47,473 nt of DNA from a virus (taxonomy: Duplodnaviria > Caudoviricetes), in IMG/VR virus record IMGVR_UViG_3300011405_000006, positions 1 through 47,473 of that record; one strand, written 5' to 3'. The first letter of the stretch is position 1, and each line of letters starts with the position of its first letter. Positions 41,594-47,473 of the stretch are shown here, in pieces. A model generated the notes under the pieces. The model searched no databases, was not told the origin of the DNA, and worked only from the letters and a program-made list of their open reading frames with translations. The position numbers and the translations under genes are program-made.

Positions 41594-42946
41594 TTATTCA
41601 CCTATTAATGCTGTCCGAATCGTAGGATCAGGTATCTTCAGACTCGTGCCATTATGATACGTGTCTGCGCGTGGTGGTTTCGTGCTCAGTATAAAGAGTC
41701 CACTCAAATCTACGTCGGATAATGTCAAAGTACCAGTAGGAAATCCGATGTACGTCACATAGAGGAATTGATGGATTAATGCTCCTGTTGCAGTAGCAAC
41801 CTGAGGAGCCTGAGGTTGCCATCTAAACTGACCACCAAACTTCCATGAATACATGGTAGTCGCCTTGATACCACCCGGTATTGCGACTCCTGAATCCTGC
41901 TCAAACTTGTTCGCAGGATCACTGAAAACTGGTGAAATCTCTGTTCCTACTTCATTCTTGTACAGTCCAAAGCTACCATCAGGTATCGCACCATCAGCAG
42001 GACTGGTGTAAACAGTTGCATAATGCACAATACTCTGAATTGAACTGTCTACATTTGGAATTGAGCCTTTATCTGCGAATTGGAAGAATTGTGGTGCCTT
42101 ATAGATAGTAGTAGTAACTGGAGTCATACCGGGATTGATATGAACATATCCAAGTTCAGTTGGGAAATTAACAGGATACACCCAAGTTGGACACGGCTGA
42201 TTGAATGCGAGATACGCAGGATCATTCCATGCTCCCAACGATCCAGCGGTTATTATATTATTTATTGAATCTTGAATTGAAGTCCATCCATGTTCCGCAG
42301 TCCAGTTTACTGTAGAAGATGGATTAGCGACGTTATTTATATCTCCTGCGGTCCTTAGTGGAGAGGCCCATATTGGAGCCGGTGAACCTGCCGGCGACCA
42401 TGTATGTGCTTGTGTCTGAAATTCTGCCATAGTTAGCGAAGCATTCCAGAACTTGAAGTTACATACATCGGCACCAGATGAAAGAATGACTGCAATATAG
42501 CCAAGTGGATCATCTATATCGTAGTCAATTTCCATTGCCAGCCTTAAATCTACCTGTTCTTCCCAAGGATTTGACAATTCAAAAGAATCCTCTTCTCCAA
42601 TATATATCGTACTCTTAGGTCCACTTTTCGACACGCAGATGAGAGTCCAGCGACCATACAACACGCCACCGAATGCTTGAGTAGGAAGTCCTACAGTTTC
42701 CTTACGCCCTCTTATCTGCCATTGGTACCCGTCAGTATCAACTGCTATGAATGAACCATTTGCACCATGATGCATGATCAGTGGTGTCGGAATTCTCGGA
42801 GCCATTATCCTGACCCACACGCAGTAACTGTAATGCTGACTCACATCCGTGCTAATACCAGGAAATACTAGCGGAGGAACAGCTAGCTCTCTACCAGTAT
42901 TAGCAAGGAATAGATATGTCCAGTTGGCAGTGGATTTAACTGACAT
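41594..42946 (-). CDS. LamG/concanavalin-A-like domain tail protein
   Basis: YSYCVWVR, GRWTLICVS, TIYIG, VCNFKFWNASLT match a LamG-like pattern. Confidence 0.65.
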   Translation of the reverse strand: MSVKSTANWTYLFLANTGRELAVPPLVFPGISTDVSQHYSYCVWVRIMAPRIPTPLIMHHGANGSFIAVDTDGYQWQIRGRKETVGLPTQAFGGVLYGRWTLICVSKSGPKSTIYIGEEDSFELSNPWEEQVDLRLAMEIDYDIDDPLGYIAVILSSGADVCNFKFWNASLTMAEFQTQAHTWSPAGSPAPIWASPLRTAGDINNVANPSSTVNWTAEHGWTSIQDSINNIITAGSLGAWNDPAYLAFNQPCPTWVYPVNFPTELGYVHINPGMTPVTTTIYKAPQFFQFADKGSIPNVDSSIQSIVHYATVYTSPADGAIPDGSFGLYKNEVGTEISPVFSDPANKFEQDSGVAIPGGIKATTMYSWKFGGQFRWQPQAPQVATATGALIHQFLYVTYIGFPTGTLTLSDVDLSGLFILSTKPPRADTYHNGTSLKIPDPTIRTALIGE

Positions 42947-44546
42947 CTAAGACCTCCGATGGTGTTCCTAAAGGAGATTTAGCACCAGAAGATCCAATAA
43001 CCAGCTTATCAGTATTGATTAGTGAGATAGTGTTTATCTGACAATCATATATCCATCTAGCCCACTTAATATCCTTCGCATTCATTCCATCCGAATAGTC
43101 AGCATAGAGCAACTTATTCACATGTGGTGGAGGTAGTGTAATCCAAACTCTCTTATTGATTGAATCATTGACTATCTGCATCAGATGGAACTCATTTCGG
43201 TTCAATCCTCTCCAGAAATCCTCGATTTTCCATGACATTTCAGGCTGAGCATACACACCATTGAACAGCATCAGACCTGACCAATCTACAATCAGTAGGA
43301 AATCGATATTCACGCCACCCGTATCGAGAACCGTCGCAATACCATGTACAGGTGAGCCGATACCTTGGTCTAATATTTCTTCCTGCCATGTCACTGGTTC
43401 ATCATAGTTATCCGAGTAGCCGTATGTCCTAGTTTTCTTGAAGATGTACATGATGTCCCGAAATTCTTGGACAGCAGTAAGGGGATGACCATCTAGTGGA
43501 ACCACGATGATTCCGTCTACCTTATTGATTGCTTCAGGTTCACCTGCTACTGACAATCTAGCGATGGAACGATTATCAGTGACTCCGGCTGGTAATCCTG
43601 TCAGAGTCTCAGTTGTACCATATTCACCCACAATGACTAATCTGCTGTGATAGGTGTTTAGATACACCCCCGCAGGAATTTGCGAGAAGTTATCAGCCAA
43701 ATGCGATGCATCCGATAACAAATCTGCATCAAAATAGGTGACAGTTTTCGTCGTAGTCGTATTATCATCAATGTTACCACCTGGAATGAACCAATATTGA
43801 TAACCATTCTGGTCGCCATTGTACTCTGGAATCCACTTAGTAGACACCAGATGACGCTTCTTAACCCATGCATCAGGTGAGACAGGGATATTCGACACAA
43901 CTATCTCATGCGCGCCACTGAACACTAATTCAGCCTTTATTTGTGGTCCAAGTGCCGTGAAATAGCCTGTATCCGTTTCATACACCACACCTATGATGTG
44001 TAGTCCTGAATCCGTCTTTTGCCCCACTGTAGCTGCGCCCAATGCAGCAGTTAAAGCTGAACCAGTAGGAGGAACACCAGCAGCCTTCCTAGCAGGAGTT
44101 CCATCACCTTTGTAGACGTAGAGGAATTCGTTCTGAATCCCTAATTGATATTTATCTCCATTTACGTCTACATAGGTCTTGAATGGAGTGATATACGCCC
44201 TTCCGTTAATCGCCACGAATCCAAAATCCTCCATCGCGGTGATAGTCAAGATAGGACCGAGTATTACACCAGCTTTAATGTGATAGATTTTACCACCTTC
44301 ACTAAGTAGAAGGAGAGTATCACCCTGTTGTGTGGTGTAGTTGTATTGTCTTTTAGGCTTCAATACAACAGTTGGAGAAGCAACGTATGGAACTATTCCA
44401 TACCGAGTTTCAAATCCAGACTGAAAATACTGAATGTTATCAGCCTGAGTGAAATGATTACTCGGTGCAGACTCAGGATCACCCTTTGCCCACCACCCGT
44501 CAAAATCTTCAATTACAAGTGGTTCGTGGTCCCTAGTTCCCGGCAT
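42936..44546 (-). CDS. Tail nozzle / DNA stabilisation protein (P22 gp10 / T7 gp12-like beta-propeller)
   Basis: Follows the adaptor; ADNI...ETRYG, YHSRLVIVG, FRDIMYIFK, GIGS, GLMLFNG propeller-type motifs. Confidence 0.65.
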   Translation of the reverse strand: MPGTRDHEPLVIEDFDGWWAKGDPESAPSNHFTQADNIQYFQSGFETRYGIVPYVASPTVVLKPKRQYNYTTQQGDTLLLLSEGGKIYHIKAGVILGPILTITAMEDFGFVAINGRAYITPFKTYVDVNGDKYQLGIQNEFLYVYKGDGTPARKAAGVPPTGSALTAALGAATVGQKTDSGLHIIGVVYETDTGYFTALGPQIKAELVFSGAHEIVVSNIPVSPDAWVKKRHLVSTKWIPEYNGDQNGYQYWFIPGGNIDDNTTTTKTVTYFDADLLSDASHLADNFSQIPAGVYLNTYHSRLVIVGEYGTTETLTGLPAGVTDNRSIARLSVAGEPEAINKVDGIIVVPLDGHPLTAVQEFRDIMYIFKKTRTYGYSDNYDEPVTWQEEILDQGIGSPVHGIATVLDTGGVNIDFLLIVDWSGLMLFNGVYAQPEMSWKIEDFWRGLNRNEFHLMQIVNDSINKRVWITLPPPHVNKLLYADYSDGMNAKDIKWARWIYDCQINTISLINTDKLVIGSSGAKSPLGTPSEVLDVS

Positions 44547-45325
44547 CAGAATCCTCCCCTAGCTTTCCACGCAGCGCGGAATGGACGATGCCGAGTCATA
44601 ATCTGCTGTCTACCTTTGTTGTTGATTCCGATAGACCTATCTATTGCCTTCTCTGCCTGATCTTCTAGTACAGCAGCTCTAGTCTCATTCTCCCCAATAA
44701 ACATCGCGCACAGTGCTGCCGTCTTGTAGGAGAGATAAGTGCGCGCACCTATCATATTGATGGGAGAGTTTGGACCTGTAGCGTATGGAATTCCCTGATA
44801 GATATACTTGATTACGACTTCCATATCAACATTAGGTGGATTGAATCTAATGATATTCTGCTCCCACACCCAATATTGAAGTGAATTGGTGCGTGGAAGA
44901 ACTTCAGTAAATTCTTTCCGTGGTAGTTTCCTGTATGACCCGTATCTAGCATCTTCAGACTGTAAGACTTCAGGTGGTATTGGTGCAGGTCTTGGAGTAT
45001 AGATTCTTTCCTCTACTTCCTGAACCTCAGTCAGATTATCTGGATAACGTGCCCAGAAGTCATGCGGATACCCCGGTTGCTCATATTCAGGATACACAAT
45101 GAAATTGTGTCCCGCCTTTACAATGATGGGAGTCAGTGTCCAATGATATGAACTTAGATTAGTGAAGGAACTATTAGCCTCTGCCATTAAGTCAGAGTAC
45201 TCCTCAATAGCGATATTGAGGTATGGCAGTTGCACATTATAGGTATAGTCAGTCTTATTAGGATCGTTTAGTAGATTCGCTACACGATCCATTATCTGGC
45301 CGGCTAATACCTCTGAAGTACTCAT
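44546..45325 (-). CDS. Head-tail adaptor / tail tubular protein A-like
   Basis: IMDRVANLLND...YLNIA, YP.NL.EV, YWVWEQNIIRF.P, YLSYKTAA. Confidence 0.65.
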   Translation of the reverse strand: MSTSEVLAGQIMDRVANLLNDPNKTDYTYNVQLPYLNIAIEEYSDLMAEANSSFTNLSSYHWTLTPIIVKAGHNFIVYPEYEQPGYPHDFWARYPDNLTEVQEVEERIYTPRPAPIPPEVLQSEDARYGSYRKLPRKEFTEVLPRTNSLQYWVWEQNIIRFNPPNVDMEVVIKYIYQGIPYATGPNSPINMIGARTYLSYKTAALCAMFIGENETRAAVLEDQAEKAIDRSIGINNKGRQQIMTRHRPFRAAWKARGGF

Positions 45326-45334
45326 GACTTACTC

Positions 45335-45559
45335 CTACGAAACTACGAATGCCCAATTTCCCGCTGTAATCGTGCAAGTCACGGTAGTGACACCATTCAG
45401 ATCGTATTCCTTGATGTTGTCACCTGACGCTGTTTCAGTTGCGACGAATAGTCTCTTACTATCAAGCTGAAAATCTACTCCCAACACGTTCGGCAAAACT
45501 AGAGCCGTGTTCTGTCTATCTGGTCCCGTCTTGGCTGTAACCGTTAGCTGATTTGGCAT
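45335..45559 (-). CDS. Small beta-rich virion protein
   Basis: GGAGGG RBS. Confidence 0.7.
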   Translation of the reverse strand: MPNQLTVTAKTGPDRQNTALVLPNVLGVDFQLDSKRLFVATETASGDNIKEYDLNGVTTVTCTITAGNWAFVVS

Positions 45560-45567
45560 AATCCCTC

Positions 45568-46263
45568 CTACGTAGCGAATGTCAATCCGAGTTTCTTAGC
45601 TAGTTCAGGGTCTGCGATTGCTTTACATGTCTGACAGATGGGGAAGTTCGCATTCCGCAAGCTGCCACACGCCACGCACCTGACTAGTTCCGCCTGCTGA
45701 ATATCACCTAACCACGGTTTGTTGGAGATGTTCAATTCCTTACATGCCAATCGTGCATCTTCACTGATTGACAAGGGATTACCATTAGAACGCGACCAGA
45801 GGATGTCGGCAATGCGCACTAACTCAAGAAACCACTTCTTTTGCTGAGCCTGCGCCTTCAAGAGTAGTGGGGTGTGCTCTTTCTTAAGTTTTTCCACCGT
45901 GAATTCACCAGGAACGTAAAAAAGTCCTGGCATTTGGTCCGCCATGTTACATGCCAACAACCCGTTAGCATAGTCACGAACAATTGAATCAGCAATCTGT
46001 ATCGAAGAAACTGGAATCTCAAGTAGCGGCTGGTTTTCATCTACTTCTCTCCACCAACTTGATGGTCCAATGACCAACACACTGGGATTCTCGAATGTCC
46101 CAGGATTCAATTCAAATGTTCCAGGCTGAATTGTAGCCTTCCGCTCTACAATCCGCTTCGGTAGTATACTAGCTACCGTGGACTTATCCATTGGATTGAT
46201 GGGCGCGCGTATAGTACGTCTATTTGATTGTGCAAGTCCAGGAAATTCGCCTACTTGTACCAT
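45568..46263 (-). CDS. Hypothetical protein with a C-terminal zinc ribbon
   Basis: CVAC...CQTC; TAATG coupling. Confidence 0.75.
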   Translation of the reverse strand: MVQVGEFPGLAQSNRRTIRAPINPMDKSTVASILPKRIVERKATIQPGTFELNPGTFENPSVLVIGPSSWWREVDENQPLLEIPVSSIQIADSIVRDYANGLLACNMADQMPGLFYVPGEFTVEKLKKEHTPLLLKAQAQQKKWFLELVRIADILWSRSNGNPLSISEDARLACKELNISNKPWLGDIQQAELVRCVACGSLRNANFPICQTCKAIADPELAKKLGLTFAT

Positions 46264-46475
46264 TACTCCACCTCTACGTATGTAGTTTCAAATTCATCTT
46301 TTCCCATCACGTCAGGATCACCCTCATCATTGATGAACAGGTAATCACCAGCTTCTCCCACTACGGTTTTCTTCGGAGCTACATTCTTTACGATGAATTT
46401 CTCCTCAATTTGCCGCGCCAGAAGATTATTCTTCTTCCGATACGATTTGAAGGTAGTCAAATCTCCTACAAGCAT
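46263..46475 (-). CDS. PGDYG-like small protein
   Basis: YRKK...GEAGDYL...F..TY pattern. Start set at ATG 46475 after AAGGA. Confidence 0.6.
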   Translation of the reverse strand: MLVGDLTTFKSYRKKNNLLARQIEEKFIVKNVAPKKTVVGEAGDYLFINDEGDPDVMGKDEFETTYVEVE

Positions 46476-46476
46476 G

Positions 46477-47019
46477 TTAATTTTCCTTTTTGTAGTTGTT
46501 CGGGACGACAATTGCTTCACCATATCTCATCGCATCCCCTGTTTCCGTTTCATCACCGAATAATTCTTCCTGTAATTCACTAATCCGAGCCTCACGACCC
46601 TCAGGAGTAGTGTTTTTCTCAGAATCTACATATTTCCGTAGACTATGTTTACCTAATGCTGCCAAAAGACAGTCAATGATGAACTTCGTCGCCGGCCAAA
46701 TTGGAGGTAGTGGATTATTTTCACCATCTCGATACGCCCAAATTGGCTCATAACTGATTTTCACGTCAGCTAATTCCTTCAAATTCTCAAAAGGAACCGC
46801 TACTAGTCTCTCTAGCACGTATGTATCCCACAGATACGAGTATTTCTTAACTTCACGAACGACCGGATGAAGATATTGAATACCCTCATCCGATCGATCC
46901 ATCAATCTCATCTCTGTCTCATCATTAGCCCACACTATTCTAAACATGGGATGACCTGTATCCGAGTCCTTACCGAATTCGTCTACAAGCCGCTGATTCA
47001 GAGTTTCGATTGATTCCAT
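46477..47019 (-). CDS. Hypothetical protein
   Basis: AGGA RBS; 180 aa in the late operon. Confidence 0.75.
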   Translation of the reverse strand: MESIETLNQRLVDEFGKDSDTGHPMFRIVWANDETEMRLMDRSDEGIQYLHPVVREVKKYSYLWDTYVLERLVAVPFENLKELADVKISYEPIWAYRDGENNPLPPIWPATKFIIDCLLAALGKHSLRKYVDSEKNTTPEGREARISELQEELFGDETETGDAMRYGEAIVVPNNYKKEN

Positions 47020-47031
47020 TTAATTTCCTAA

Positions 47032-47165
47032 TGCTCGTCTCTCCGAGCTGTCACGCCATAGTCTGTGCTGCTCTTGACTCCCGGCGTCCTCATGCCGCAA
47101 TTACCGCGGTCAGCACTTCCGCCAGCATACTCCAGGTGACTCTTGTGCTGGATTCGTCCTCTTAC
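47032..47165 (-). ncRNA. Candidate structured intergenic RNA
   Basis: Nested stems and a possible pseudoknot (see findings). Confidence 0.35.
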
Positions 47166-47186
47166 ATGTCACCACCGAATAATTAG

Positions 47187-47473
47187 TTATACACCAGACT
47201 CAATTACCCACTTCTGAAGTGAGCGCACAAACACCAGCATCAAGGCTCTATTCTGCACCGCCGCTAGTCCCACGAGTATGTTTCCACTCGTCCCTAGTGT
47301 AACACCAGCAGCATTGGTAGGAATCAGAATTACAAACCCACCAAATCCGCCACCGAATGATGGAACGATTGTATTGATTGCAGTTGTGCCTGTAATCAAC
47401 ACAACATCAGTCTTAGGACTGATTGTGCCTGCGCTTGCTAGTGTACTCTCACTCAACTTACTCGTTGTTCCTG
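47187..47473 (-). CDS. Second decoration-like protein (true start at 130, across the junction)
   Basis: TLASAGTISPKTDVVLITGTTAINTIVP aligns with TLVSAATVAPVTFLTVLTGNTAVVNITP of 214..516. Confidence 0.75.
   Translation of the reverse strand, partial: GTTSKLSESTLASAGTISPKTDVVLITGTTAINTIVPSFGGGFGGFVILIPTNAAGVTLGTSGNILVGLAAVQNRALMLVFVRSLQKWVIESGV
47351..47473. repeat. Terminal direct repeat, copy 2
   Basis: Identical to 1-123. Confidence 0.95.

Noticed and set aside
1-47473. Integrase, repressor, reverse transcriptase/DGR, RNA polymerase, DNA methylase, purZ or other base-modification genes
   Set aside because: I saw no diagnostic motifs. Divergent versions among the hypothetical ORFs cannot be excluded without searches.

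Overview
The window is an apparently complete, circularly closed ~47,350-bp dsDNA tailed-phage genome: bases 1-123 recur exactly at 47351-47473. It has two opposed arms. (1) A + strand early/replication arm (~13560-29238) lies behind several sigma70-like promoters. It encodes small Zn-finger proteins, an SprT-protease/SNF2-helicase fusion, a PD-(D/E)XK exonuclease + Sak4-like ATPase + SSB module, a very acidic protein, a cold-shock-domain protein, a UDG-fused family A DNA polymerase, an HNH endonuclease and a DUF3987-like ATPase. (2) A - strand late arm runs from 12836 down to 1 and wraps from 47473 to 29239. It encodes a TerS candidate, accessory virion proteins, TerL, portal, scaffold, major capsid, two paralogous decoration-like proteins, head-tail adaptor, tail nozzle, LamG and collagen fibres, and three ejection-type proteins including one of 1916 aa. 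The layout is podovirus-like. I recognised no integrase, repressor, RNA polymerase, primase, endolysin, tRNA or CRISPR array. Most notable: GATC is almost absent from the early arm only; nine TACATGTA palindromes cluster around the early promoters, next to a stand-alone duplicate of the replication ATPase's C-terminal domain; the SprT-SNF2 fusion; repeated sliding-clamp-type motifs in an acidic protein and in ejected proteins; several highly structured intergenic regions; and a tail nozzle gene apparently split around a LamG insert. All family calls come from motif recognition by eye, not database searches.
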